Assembly: GCA_051294375.1 (NCBI GenBank)
Contig: CM119268.1
Location: forward strand, 14,151,240 to 14,215,239
DNA length: 64,000 bases
Origin: Paraspadella gotoi
Lineage: Eukaryota > Animalia > Chaetognatha
Direction of reading: 5' to 3'
Below are positions 14,408-32,289 of the stretch, piece after piece; position 1 is the first letter of the stretch, and every line of letters starts with the position of its first letter. Below the pieces are notes generated by a model. It saw only the letters and a list, made by a program, of their open reading frames with translations. It made no database searches and was not told the DNA's origin. The position numbers were made by a program, and so were the translations under genes.

Positions 14408-17400
14408 TTAACGTAACTTCGTTTCTTGACAAAGTTTTGCGATCAGACAGACATTCTGGGCGAGTTGACCAGGAGATTGGGAAGGCGGACAGATATTCGA
14501 TCCGAGACCCAAAACGCGATGTTCTTTTGTTGGTCGAAAAAATAGAGTTAATAATGTAATAAATGATAAAAATAAAAAAGTAAAAAAATAAATCAATAAG
14601 TTTAGATGATATAAATTACAACAGTAACAACAAAATAAATAACTGCTACTTCAGCCTATTTGTAAAAGGAAGGAACTACAACAACAACCACAACGACGAC
14701 GACAACCTCCTCGTAGTAGGAACTTTCGTTGATGAAGATGGGATACGTGGATCTGGATCCTTTGAAGGGAATCACTTCTCCGTCGGCCCTGAGGAAAGCC
14801 GGCTGACCTGGGTCCAACTTGCAGAAATCTCGGTCCTGCATCCGGACAAATAATTATTTAAAAGCTTGTTAAAAATTAATAATAATTATTGGCGGAGACA
14901 GAAAGAGACATTTATCCACCACAAAACGTGAAATTTTCACGTTAGTTTTTTAATAAAAATCTTTCTCTTCTGGATTTTTTTATATAAATATTTTTATCTT
15001 TATTTTTATATTTTTATTTTGTAATCCAGTTAATCTTTATCTCGGACAAAAAACGTTAAAAACGTTTCACCTGCAATTCCGGATGAATCATGACGTCTTT
15101 ATCCCAAGCGTCAATCAACCGACTCTTCTTGATCGGATATGGGATCTTCATCGAGGGCAAGAAGACCTTGACGAGGTCCCCCGCCGACCGCTCCACGTCG
15201 TTGAGACTCTCCAAGAAATCTAGCGACATCTTGACGGCGAGTCTGAGACGCTCGACGACGTCTGCTCTGACGACGCCGTGGGGCTCGGAGCCGACGTCGA
15301 CCGAGAGACCGAAGTTGTTCGGCATGACGATGTGGTGCGGCTCTTCCGAAGACTCGAAGGCGACCACGCGAAGAGGAAGAGGAGGGGAACACTTTTGGAC
15401 GGAATCCTGAGAGGGAATTGGGGAAATTGTGGCAGCACTTGTTGAATGTTGAATGTCCTCAGCCTCGTCTCAATGGCTGAGCAGGCTAAATCATCTCGTT
15501 ACAACCGTGAGTCCCGGGTTCAAATCCCTTGGTATCCCGGTTCTGGCTTAAATGTGACGGAGCCAGTGACAGGAGGAGGTCACTGAGGGTCCACAGCCCC
15601 TACGCCAGTTGGTGAGATACCCCGCGCCCCGGGAATCACAGGCATTCCTCCCGTAGCCATAAAATGGGCTTTACCTTTTTCTGCTGATCAATCCGTCTCT
15701 TTATCTTTTGTCTGTCTGTTTGTTTTCTGTCTCATAGGCTCTATGCCTGTTTTTTGTCTCTCTGTCTATTAGTTTTTTATCCCTATCTGTCCGACTGTCC
15801 ATCAGACTGCCACTCTATCTCTGTCACTCTATGACTGTATCTCATATCTGTGTCTCAGTCACCCGCAAATGCTGCGCAACGTGAAAGGCGAGCCAGCATT
15901 TTCGATTTCTTCTCAACCAATTCTCCACGTCTTCCGAGTTTCGTCGAGTGTAGAACCTGAGAAAATGACTCAACTCTTTCGGAAATGTCACATCTGGGCC
16001 GGAGACAAACCGATAGTCACAGGGAGTCACGTAATGAAAGAACTTCTAAAAGTTTAAGTTTAAGAAATAATACAGATCAAGCTTTAAACTCAAGTTGACC
16101 CTGCCAACAGGCTTTACTAATTTTCATCTCCTCGATCAAATCAAATTAAATCAAATCTGTTTAAAGAATCGGCCAATGTCGAAGCTAATTGTCAAGCCCA
16201 CTCCTTTCCACCCCCCCGCCCCTCGACTCTGGCTCAACGACTGACATGATGACGACGACGATTCCAACGTTCGACGTCGTCGAGTGAAGATCGATGAGGA
16301 AGTCCGTGTTTCCGTTTCCGTACTTTTGGTGAATCTCCGACGCGCGCTGCCTCTCGTACGAATGCGGACCGGACTCTAGACGTTGGACAAAGACGCTCAC
16401 CGTTCATTGTGGTCTGTGGACGATTTTAAAAGGCTACGGGCTTACAGCAGATTCCGGCTCGATAATTCACTTTGTCGATAATCATATAAATAAAATATAT
16501 AAATAAATAATAATACAAATAATCAAATAATTCTTTAATCAATTAATCAATTAATTATTCAATCTAACCATCAATTAATTATTCCATCAATTAATCGATC
16601 AATTAATCGTTGTCGGTGTTTTCGTCGTCGTGGCCATTATCGTCGTCTTTTGCTTTTGTCGTGGTCAGTGATGGAAAAAAAAAAACCAAGTTTGAGCAAG
16701 CAATGTCGGATCTTATTAAAAAAATTAATTAATTAAATCGCTAATGAGCGTGGGCGGATCCGGAATTTTTTTGCACAAACATGTTTTTGGAGCTTCTGGA
16801 CACAAAGCCAAATCTACCCAAAAATGGCACGAAGAAAACGGGATCGAGGTGCTCAAAGGTTGGCCCAAAAAACTTGCCAAACAGCATCAAAAAAGTCTGG
16901 TCAACGACGAAGAGGGAGATTTTGCAGTACAACGCCAGTCGACGAAATAAAGAGAATCGTAAAACGCGTTTATATTTGCGCAGGCTCTACGACTCTCTCC
17001 CTTTTCCTATGGAATCAGTGCTGGAAGGAAGCAAATGGTGGGCCGACAAAGTATTAAGCACTGAGTTTCATAAATGTTTTGGTTTCCTTCAAAAAGTGAA
17101 ATAAAATGCTTTTATCATAACTATTAAACTTTTTTTGTACACATGGATACGATGATTCGTCGTTTCATGCAGAATTACGTCATAATCGGTAAATATCCTG
17201 ATATTTAAAATAATTAATCAATCAAATTATATTTGACTCGTAACAGACGCGAACACAGTTTGAAAGCTTCATCATAACTGACCTTCCCGCTTACTCACCC
17301 GACAATGGTTGAGGGTCTTTCTGAAAAGCTCGATTGAGGTCATCGTCGATGAGACGGCGACACGTTTGGACGGCCTTGGGATTACCGATCTCCACGAAGA

Positions 17401-17557
17401 CGTCGAGAGTTCGACGCTGCAGCTCCAACGCCCCTTCAGGCGTCGACCAGTAGCGTGTTAAAAAGACGCCGCTCAGTTCGTTGCCGTGGATGCCTCCCAT
17501 GATGAGGACGCGCTTAACGGGCTGAATGTCCACGCTCTCTTCAGAGTTCTCGGACAT
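14408..17557 (-). CDS. Aspartoacylase / aminoacylase-3 family (M14-like Zn hydrolase), 331 aa
   Basis: 6 phase-consistent GT-AG exons: 17299-17557, 16246-16375, 15863-15956, 15071-15406, 14707-14835, 14408-14455 (996 nt). Motifs GGIHGNELSG, GNPKAV..RRLIDDDLNRAF, DFLIDLHSTTSN, VDVGSEPHGVVRAD, IHPELQDRDF, YPIFINESSYYE match ASPA/ACY3. Confidence 0.95.
15456..15665 (+). mobile_element. tRNA-head + degenerate twister element (family copy 1), antisense in aspartoacylase intron 3
   Basis: A-box TGGCTGAGCAGG 15474-15485 and B-box GGTTCAAATCC 15517-15527. Then TGG-cttaaatg-TGA-cgga-GC, P3 cagtgac/gtcactg, P4 AGG-GT-CCA-CAGC-C-CCT (15586-15601). Confidence 0.75.
16744..17057 (+). mobile_element. Tc1/mariner transposase C-terminal remnant (frameshifted) in aspartoacylase intron 1
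   Basis: Across three frames: GASGHKAKSTQKWHEENGIEVLKGWP / NSIKKVWSTTKREI..LRRLYDSLP / EANGGPTKY*. This matches the Tc1 DDE-domain end (H.A....W......vl.WP..SPDLNPIE.lW..lK....lv.Smp.R...v..a.Gg.TkY). Confidence 0.8.
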
Positions 17558-18164
17558 CTCGGGGCGTTGGTGTGGAATGGATTGACCGTGACCGGAGCGG
17601 ATTCGCGACTGAAGACTGGAGTGGCTTGGCCAAGACTGGAGCGGAATTGTGACTGGAGTGGCAGATCAGATCTGTTCTGATAGGTTGGGTCAAATACGGT
17701 CGTCTTAAATCTTTATTAATCCTCTCTTTTTCTTCTGATTTTTGTTCGAAGACAGAGTAGAGAGATGAAATAAGGCGTTGAAGCTCAATTAAGAATTCAA
17801 TTTTAAAAAAAAAGTTAAATACCCAGTATAACCTTTGTTTATCATTGATCTGTATTTCTCATTTTCTGCAAATTAAACCTTTTATTCACTTGGTTTGCTC
17901 TAAATTCCCAGTTAATCTTGCATTGGAAACGAAACTAAAGAATTTTAAGAACCTACCTTTCAAAACCTAGAAAATCTTCGTCTTCAACTACAAGTTCGCT
18001 TTATATTACTAATTTTATCTATTGTTCTACGATTCACTTTGCCGGTCCGACGGTCCCACCCCAAAATCTTGTCGGTAAGTCACTTAGATGATGTCAGAAC
18101 ATCGAATTATGATAAATTATACCCAAAAAATCGATGTCCGTCCGTCTGTCTGTCCGTCCATCAT

Positions 18165-18375
18165 CAGGGGTCACTCTTTGAGTGGTGAGACCACTTGGAG
18201 GGATGTGTAGAGACTACCCAGTGTATACGACCGTAACTTTCATCAGCGGCGTAATAGTCCACTGGGCTAACAATTCATCTCTTGAACCGAATGGTCCCAG
18301 ATTCTAGCCCTGGTCGGAACTGTCCTTCCAAAAGAGTGACGGGATGGTTAAATCACCGACAGCAAGCGGGGCGTG
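18165..18375 (+). mobile_element. tRNA-head + 5' half of twister element (family copy 2), truncated by N gap
   Basis: Degenerate A-box (taatagtccactggg) and T-arm-like ggtcccagattctagccctgg. Then gagt-GA-CGG-gatggt-TAA-atc..ggggcgtg, in the same order and with the same ggggcgtg word as the 29.0-kb copy. Confidence 0.55.
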
Positions 18376-20738
18376 NNNNNNNNNNNNNNNNNNNNNNNNN
18401 NNNNNNNNNNNNNNNNNNNNNNNNNNNNNNNNNNNNNNNNNNNNNNNNNNNNNNNNNNNNNNNNNNNNNNNNNNNNNNNNNNNNNNNNNNNNNNNNNNNN
18501 NNNNNNNNNNNNNNNNNNNNNNNNNNNNNNNNNNNNNNNNNNNNNNNNNNNNNNNNNNNNNNNNNNNNNNNNNNNNNNNNNNNNNNNNNNNNNNNNNNNN
18601 NNNNNNNNNNNNNNNNNNNNNNNNNNNNNNNNNNNNNNNNNNNNGGGTGGAGAAAAGGGGAGGAACCACGGGAGACAGATTTTGAGAAAGGGTAAGGCGA
18701 GCAATTTGATTAGGGAGGAAGTGCTAATAAAAGTGAATTCAAAAGTTTCTTACGCATTTAAAACAGTTTAAAAAAAAATCACAAAGTAAAATATTTAATA
18801 ATAAATTAATATTTCCGCTTTTTTTTTCTTCGTTTGATTTATTTCTAAGGGATATTCACAACGAGGAAGCTACTTTATATGACAAAAAAGACAATGGAGA
18901 AAAAAAAAACCCGCTCAATAGAGTAAGTGTTAGATTCAATAAGCGGAAAAGATGGTGAAGAATTCCGAGAAAAGATAAAAAAATATTCCCGCGTGAAACT
19001 CATTCCATTCTCCGAGAGAGACAGGCAAAAAAAAAAAAAAAAAAAAAAAATTGGTGACGACCGGCGTCCCTACAAAACAAAAAAAAAAAGAAAAAAAAAG
19101 ACTTCCTTCAGTTCACGAGTCTAGGTTTATGAAAGACGGACCATCGACAGAGATCGTGTCTGGGCATCGATGCCTCGCCTTTCTCTTCTTTTTTTCTCTT
19201 TCTCTCCTTTTTTTTTACTTTCCTATCTTCTCTTACATTGAGCCTTCTTCCTTTTCTTCTCCATTCTCTTTTCTGTCTTCTTCTTCTTTTTTTCGTTTTC
19301 TTCTCTTCTTCTAGAAGCAAACTTTCCGCCCCGCTTGCTGCATTCATTCATAGCGACTCTTCTCACTACAAATTTTTTTCTGCGATGGCGAAAGCCTCAT
19401 TTGCATACGCGAGTGGAGACATGGATGAATGATTGGGCGTGGGGGGGGGAGGGAGTGAGGTGGGTGGAATGCAGGGGGTGGAGGGGGGAGAGACGAAATC
19501 CTTGGGTGTTAAACATCGTTTTTCCAGAGGATTATGAGCGGGTGGACTGAATAAATTAGAATTAAATGGTTCATATATATAATATATATATATGTAGCGA
19601 CCCAAATGACGAAGACGACGACAAAGACGACGACAAACCAACGACGGTGACCTTACCATTCACCACTAGTGAATCTCACCACTCAACCATTTAGTGGATG
19701 AAAGTTTCTCACCCACGTAACCGTTTATCTACTGTTGAGCGTTACAAACGCTAATTCTATAATTATTTGTTATTGTTGTTATTGTTATATTTCCTTGGTT
19801 ATGATTTTTACTTTAATTGTTTGCCATGGTATATAGACCACATATAGACCACATATAGACCTTTCCCCGGTATGTATCCCTATCAGAAAATACAATTCTA
19901 CATGGTAGTCTTATCCCTATTGGTAAAAAAAATCATATATAACTTTGGTCACCCCTCAAAAAATTATCCATTCCCACCCCTTTCTGTTCAGCCTCTTAGA
20001 TATTATGATTTTTCATTAATGACTTTCTAACAGAAATGATGTGTGATATCTATTAGAAAACTAGGACAGATAGTAATCTAACCTTGTGTTGTATAGATGC
20101 TCCCTCTATTTCCAGTAGACAACACTGACTTCCCCTTCCCAAATTGAATTATTAGATAAATAAAACATTTTTAAGAAAGAAAGCAATATATATTTGATTA
20201 AATAATAAGATTAAATACTAAATCCTTCATAAAATATAAAAATAGAAAATAGTGAAACAAGTAATTTGCAAATTTTCATATATATTGTCGGAGCCAAAGT
20301 TTTCTTCTTTTCTTTTCGGCGGCGTTGTAGTTGTAGACAATGAAAACAAAAAATCGGGCGCTCAGGGTGCCGATATATAGACTTGAAACTGAAAAATCGC
20401 ATAAACAATTTTTGAAAACGGTCGTGATTAGAATAAAAAAGATTAAAGAAAGATAAAGAACTACGAAAAAGTATTAATCAAAATAGAAAGAGTCCAATAG
20501 AATTGGAATAATAAGATAGATTTTGAGAAGTCCTCATAAAAAATCGGCCCACAAACATTATTTCAAAATCTAAAATTTTCGACAGTCGAGTCCATCGGTA
20601 TTATTCCTTAATTGTTATCGTTAAAGATTTTCTCAGATGCGATTCAATTCCTCCTTTTATGAATTGGCGGATTTTCATGACTTCGATTCAGAAATTCAAT
20701 TACTTCGGGCGCCAATCATTTTGGTTTAGAAAGCGATG

Positions 20739-20790
<52 letters not shown>

Positions 20791-21252
20791 TTCCCTAAAT
20801 CGTTCTCTCGACTCTGGTTTCTCTCTCTACGGTCGATCAGGTTTCTCTCCTTTTTTCTTTGCTTTTCTTTCCGTCCTTCCCTTTTTTTCGTCGTTGAATT
20901 AAATTTATTTATTGTCATATATTACTAAAATTTCTTCGCCACATTCTTTGATTTTTCTCTTCATTTTCTCCCTCTTCCCCTTTCCTCCCCTTTCCTCCAT
21001 TTTCCTCCACCCTCCTCCGCTTTCCTCCCTTTTCTCAGACCATCTCATCCTCCACAAGTCTACTTTCTTTTGACTCAGAGACTTCGATTCTATTTTTTTT
21101 CCTGCTTCAGACTCTTTACCTTTTCGGAGGTAACCGATCCGGAGCCCAAACTCTTTCCTTTCCTTCATGTTTTTTTTTTCCTTTCGGTTTCTCGTGTTTT
21201 GAATTCTGACGCCTCCGTCGTCTCGCCTTCATTCTCTCCCATCCTTCACGCC

Positions 21253-21320
<68 letters not shown>

Positions 21321-21814
21321 TTTCTTTCTTTCTTTCTTTTCTTCTTTCTTTTTTTTAAAGGAAAAATACATCATCTCTTTTTCCACTCGCCTTTACTATT
21401 TTTAGTCAACAAAAATACTTTACATCCCATTTGTATATAATTATTCTCGCTGTTTTCGACGTAGCCTACGTCGTAGGGCAACTCAAGAGAACTTAATGTT
21501 AAAATCGGGAGTTTTGAAATTCCTACACTTTCAAATTCTATTGTCTATTGTCCCTGTTTACCTTCCTTCCATTGGTTCCTTCTTCAATGCCACGGCTCTC
21601 TATTTCCTTTCCTTTCCTTCCTTCCTTTCTTCCTTTCTTCCTTTCTTCCTTCCTTCCTCCCTCCCTTATCTCCTTATTTCCGATTTCCCTTCAGTCTATC
21701 AAGTCTTTCTCTCCCCTTCGATGACTCCTAAAGAACTCATGCTTCCTTATTTACTCGATTTCTTTTTCCTTCTCGGCTTCTCTTTTCCCTCAAGTCACAT
21801 TTTTCCTCCATGAC

Positions 21815-21872
<58 letters not shown>

Positions 21873-21991
21873 TAGAGAGAGAGAGAGAGGTAGAGAGAGA
21901 GAGAAAGAGAGAGACTGCCACAGAAAAAGAAAACTGCATTTCTTACCGGTCGGTTAAACCCGTTGGAAAAAAAGTGGCGTTGGGAACACTC

Positions 21992-22060
<69 letters not shown>

Positions 22061-22233
22061 TTCTCCCGCGCGTCCAGAGTCAGGGATCGCGGCAGCGTCG
22101 GAGATGGCCCCCAATTAAAACACAATCGGCGTCGAGGTGCCAGCCTCGTTGTCAAATCACCATGGTGATCAAAACGCCGGTCGACAGCCGACGGCTCTTA
22201 CGGAGGGAGAACGATGCGCTTTTGTTGGAGGAG

Positions 22234-22289
<56 letters not shown>

Positions 22290-22299
<10 letters not shown>

Positions 22300-22660
22300 G
22301 AGATGAATCATGAAGGAAGTGTTGCTTTAGCGCGTGTTTAAATTTCAAAAGGTGATTATTATTATTAGCCATCTGAGACGCTTCCCCGTTTTATCATTGC
22401 TCTCAAAAAAAGCACCGAAATGAATAAGAATCTCGTTCTGTTTTATCTCGTTGGATCTCATCTCGTTTTNNNNNNNNNNNNNNNNNNNNNNNNNGAGAGA
22501 GAGAGAGATGAATCATGAAGGAAGTGTTGCTTTAGCGCGTGTTTAAATTTCAAAGGTGATTATTATTATTAGCCATCTGAGACGCTTCCCCGTTTTATCA
22601 TTGCTCTCAAAAAAAGCACCGAAATGAATAAGAATTCTCGTTCGTTTTTTATCTCGTTGC
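22290..22660 (+). repeat. ~160-bp direct duplication across a short N gap
   Basis: gatgaatcatgaaggaagtgttgctttagcgcgtg..gaataagaatctcgttc occurs on both sides of the gap at 22470-22493; typical contig-overlap artefact. Confidence 0.85.
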
Positions 22661-23028
22661 CAAAGTGAAATAACTCTAGAGTCTAGAGGGCCCTTCATTT
22701 CTTTCAGTTTATCATCAAGTGCGGGGTTCATAGAATTGGGTTCTTCTCGATAAAGTCAATTCGAAAATGGCTTATGGAAACTGCCCTCGCTCTGGGAATC
22801 AATTGATAAAACAGAAAGACGATCAAAATTTAAAAAAAAAATAAAAAAAAGTAACTTAATGAATATTTTTAAATCGTTAAGCCTTATTTTTATTTATTTA
22901 TTTTTTTAATCAAAAACAATTATTAGCGTACACTTTAACAGGGTCACTCGGTACCGAACTCGATGATTCTTCGAGAACTAGCGAAGAGCCATGAAAATCT
23001 CCTTTACTGTGGCCACCGTCGATAAACG

Positions 23029-28157
<5,129 letters not shown>

Positions 28158-28522
28158 ATGTTTGATAAGGAAATTTCGTCCGATGAAATTACATAAAATT
28201 CTGGTTAATAGTTACGTCGATCCCAGAACAAAGATACTTCATTGAAGAATTGAGAAATAACGAATGGTTACATTAATTTTTCGTACAAAACCAAACGAAA
28301 AAAAACAACATTAAAATGTAATGTCGCTCCTTCAATTCGTGTTTTTCTCTTTCGTCTTTTTTCCTTTCGAATCCCAAGAAATTTATTTTTTTTCCTAAGA
28401 AAACAAGTTTTTTCTCACTTTTTGGATTTTTTTTTATATAAAGAAAAACTCCGTGTTTTTTCTCCCTTTTTTTTTTGCTGAAGAGGTTTTTTATTCCAGC
28501 GATTTGACTTGGAAGAGAGACT

Positions 28523-28580
<58 letters not shown>

Positions 28581-28749
28581 TAAGACCAAAGAAAGAAATA
28601 AAAAGAAAGAAAAAAAATATAAAAAAGGGGATAGAAGCCCCGGTTTCTTCGATTCCATTTTCAAAATCCCCTTTGATTCTATTTTAACACCAAAGAAAAA
28701 CATTTGATTGACTTCGTCGTTTTGAATTAAAGGATCTCAAGATTTTTTC

Positions 28750-29330
28750 GGAGTCGTGGCGCGGGTTACTCGTTCCGCCACTCGAGGTCGCGGCCCTAAA
28801 GGGGATGACGTTACCGATTATGTCGCCATCGGCGCAATCGCGCTGGTTTCCAGCTTTGGGCCTTAGGGCGTCCTTGACTTGTAGTCGGGCATTGCCTAGG
28901 TTCACCCCGCCTCTAAGCATGACACCTTCAGTCCCGGTGGCTCATTGAGTAAAGCCATCAGCTCATGACCACTAGGTACCGGGTTCAATCCCAACCCGGT
29001 ACCTACCCTGTGGGAAGCGTGAGGACGGCCGTAAGTCGCCTTGGGGGCGTGGCAACCCCTCAAGCCTGGTTCCAAGCCCAGGACCCGTTCCATGGCTACT
29101 AAAGGGGGTTATAGAAGTTACGGATAGTCATCTTCAGCCCACTTAGCGCCTTATCCACAGACTAAGTGAACGGAATCCTTCACGTAGGGATGGCACTGTG
29201 TGGTGCTGGGCTACCAGTTTTACTAGATGAAGTAGGTGGTCAACTGTCAAAATCGCACAACCACCCTTCCTTGACTCCACCCTCTCGGCCCATATTGCCT
29301 CACCCTCCCACTCGCCAACACTCACCTTCC
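28750..29330 (+). mobile_element. tRNA-head/twister element plus an upstream partial tandem unit (best-preserved family locus)
   Basis: A-box-like TGGCTCATTGA 28938-48, B-box GGTTCAATCCC 28982-92, twister 29008-29095. Spacer words ctaaagggg..gttac.gat..gtc (28796 / 29099) and tccttgact..attgcct..caccttc (28871 / 29268) each occur twice. Confidence 0.75.
29008..29095 (+). ncRNA. Twister ribozyme, type P5 permutation with palindromic mini-P1
   Basis: P5 ctgtggga/ttccatgg; GA-GGA (29021-25); P1 CGGCCG; UAA (29032-34; predicted cut U^A); gtc; GC; P3 cttggggg/ccctcaag; P4 cctg/cagg around L4 GU-UCC-AAGC-C. T1 UCC:GGA. Confidence 0.8.
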
Positions 29331-29558
29331 ATCACAGATGTCGACGAGATTCTCAGGCGAAGAAAAGATAAAAATTCACAACCGAAAAAAAAAAACAGAG
29401 TCTTAAAAATTGAAGAAAAAAAAGGAGAAGAAGTGAAAAGAGATTCTCATCAAAAATTCAGGTCATTAATCCAAGTCACATAAATATTTTCTCTTTCTCT
29501 CTCTCCCCAGACTACTTTTTTTTCTCTTGTATTTTATCTTATAAGTGTTACGAGATGA

Positions 29559-29593
<35 letters not shown>

Positions 29594-30801
29594 NNNNNNN
29601 NNNNNNNNNNNNNNNNNNNNNNNNNNNNNNNNNNNNNNNNNNNNNNNNNNNNNNNNNNNNNNNNNNNNNNNNNNNNNNNNNNNNNNNNNNNNNNNNNNNN
29701 NNNNNNNNNNNNNNNNNNNNNNNNNNNNNNNNNNNNNNNNNNNNCTCTCTCTCTCTCTCTCTCCCTCACTCTCGTCACCTCCTTTTTTCCGAACCGCAAA
29801 TAGAGAAGCTAATTAGCTAAATGTTCAAAAAGGTTAAAAAACGTTTAAGGACAAAGCGTGGGGGATTACCGATCGTTGAACTGGAGAGGTGTGGCGTCGC
29901 TTACGTTAAAAAAAGGTTCGACAGCCTAGGCGATGAAAAAAAATACAAATTGAATGATATGATTTAGTAATCAATGTTAATCTTATTAGTTCGTGTAAAT
30001 TAAATAGTTAAGTTTAGGGACAATTTAATGATGATTAAAGTTGCTGTCTCAATTGTCGTTTGGCAATGAAATAAGGAAAATCGTTAAATATGGTAAAAAT
30101 ATATGTAGAAAATAGTATATTGCACCAAAAAAAAAAAAAAGTTCAAAATCGTTCAAAATCGTAGAAAAAAAAAATTGTTGAAAAATGTGAAAATTTTTTT
30201 GGGCAGACGACTACTCATCAATCATCCTTCCACGGACCGAGTTTTGGAAGGTTTGGAACCAAAACCCAGAGTCAACCGGTGCGCCGAGACAATAGTCTCA
30301 TTATGATNNNNNNNNNNNNNNNNNNNNNNNNNNNNNNNNNNNNNNNNNNNNNNNNNNNNNNNNNNNNNNNNNNNNNNNNNNNNNNNNNNNNNNNNNNNNN
30401 NNNNNNNNNNNNNNNNNNNNNNNNNNNNNNNNNNNNNNNNNNNNNNNNNNNNNNNNNNNNNNNNNNNNNNNNNNNNNNNNNNNNNNNNNNNNNNNNNNNN
30501 NNNNNNNNNNNNNNNNNNNNNNNNNNNNNNNNNNNNNNNNNNNNNNNNNNNNNNNNNNNNNNNNNNNNNNNNNNNNNNNNAGAGAGAGAGAGAGCGATAG
30601 CGAGCGCACCGGCGCTTCAAAGTATTGCGCGCCAGGGCAAAGAATAAAGAGAGGCTATGTATGATTTTTGGTCTGATGCTTTGCTTGAGAAATATAAATA
30701 GCTTGCCTGGTGCTTGGCAAGTGCAGAGAGTCAGCGAGAAAAACAAAGGAGGGAGGGGAAGAGAGAAAAACCTTAGAGAAAACTCAGAAGAGAGAGGAAG
30801 C

Positions 30802-30885
<84 letters not shown>

Positions 30886-32118
30886 AAGGGATCGGGACAC
30901 TGGAATATTCCTATAATACCTCCGGGAATAATGAACTTCAAAGCTCAAGGTAAGAAATGTCAGCTTCGGTTCGTCTTTCCAATTTTTAAACTTCTAAATG
31001 ATATGAATTCATGTAAAGAGTCTTGAAAGAACAATATAAAACCTACTATATCGAAAGAAAATGATCGTTATGATTGACAGGAACGACGTAAACCTCAGGT
31101 CGAAGTAGTAAAAGAGACTTGGGCCTCAAGATGTAGGTTCGAACCCGAAGGTTGCGGAGGAAAAAATATTAGGGTTTAACCATGTTAAAGGATTTGTCAT
31201 GCTCGTGCGTGTTAAAAAATATTTTTTGGGTTGTATAATTTATATAATTTATATAATTTATATCAAATAGGATGGAAGTTGAGAGATGAGTCCTCTTGTT
31301 TCTTGTTCGAGTCGTGCCCTTCGATCGACCTTGGAAGCCGCGATTCAGTTTTTACACGAAAAATTACTGAAAGCGAAAAAGAGGAAAGGAGAGGGAAGAG
31401 AAGAGAGGAGAGACGAGACGACGCAGGAGAGAGAGAGAGAGAGAGAGAGATTCTACATTTGAATCAAAATTAAGGATTTATTCGTAGCGATTTCGAGTTG
31501 TTATCTTTCATGTACAGAAACGCGGCACCACCTCCCTTGAAAGAGGAGGAAGAAGAAAAGTCAGGGAGTGAACAAACTGAGTGAATTTGAGTGAAGGAGA
31601 AAGAGAAGAGGGAAGAATGTGTTTTAAAGGTAGAGCGAGAGAAGGGGAGAGGGGCTATTGGAGAATAAGTGACATGAGGATTTTAATTTGAGATTCAGAA
31701 AAAACTTATGAAATTGGTACAACCAATATAAAAATTATCCATTCATTTAATAAACAAGCTATCTCTATATTAAATGATAATATGTAAGAGAAATCAAACA
31801 AGGAGTGAGAGAGCAAAAAAATTGAAATATATATCTAAAAAAGGGGGATACCAGAGAAAATAGGAAATAAACGGTTTCTTAACAAGTCGAAAGGAGAAAG
31901 TGGATATGAATGAGGACGGTAAGACGGGTAAGGCGGGTAAGGCGAGGCAGTGAAGGGGGTCGGAAAGCGGGGGTAAGGACACAGGAGACCGAGCGACTGG
32001 AAGGAATTCGCGTATATATTTGCGAAGGACAAGTTTTTATGTAGTAGACATTGAATAAGTTTTGCATATGGAATTTAAGACTTTCTTTTGTATAGAGGAC
32101 TGACGCCAGTGGATGAAG

Positions 32119-32232
<114 letters not shown>

Positions 32233-32289
32233 TGAGAGGCAAGAGCCAAGATTGAATGGAGTGCGAGGGTAGGAGTGGGCGAAGAGAAA

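Noticed and set aside
28931-29003. Bona fide tRNA gene (also 15465-15540 and 31091-31155)
   Set aside because: A/B boxes are present, but I could not build consistent acceptor and anticodon stems; treated as tRNA-derived heads.
29146-29215. HDV-like ribozyme around cct-tcacgt-agg
   Set aside because: A P3/L3-like hairpin is present, but no convincing P1, P1.1 or P2.
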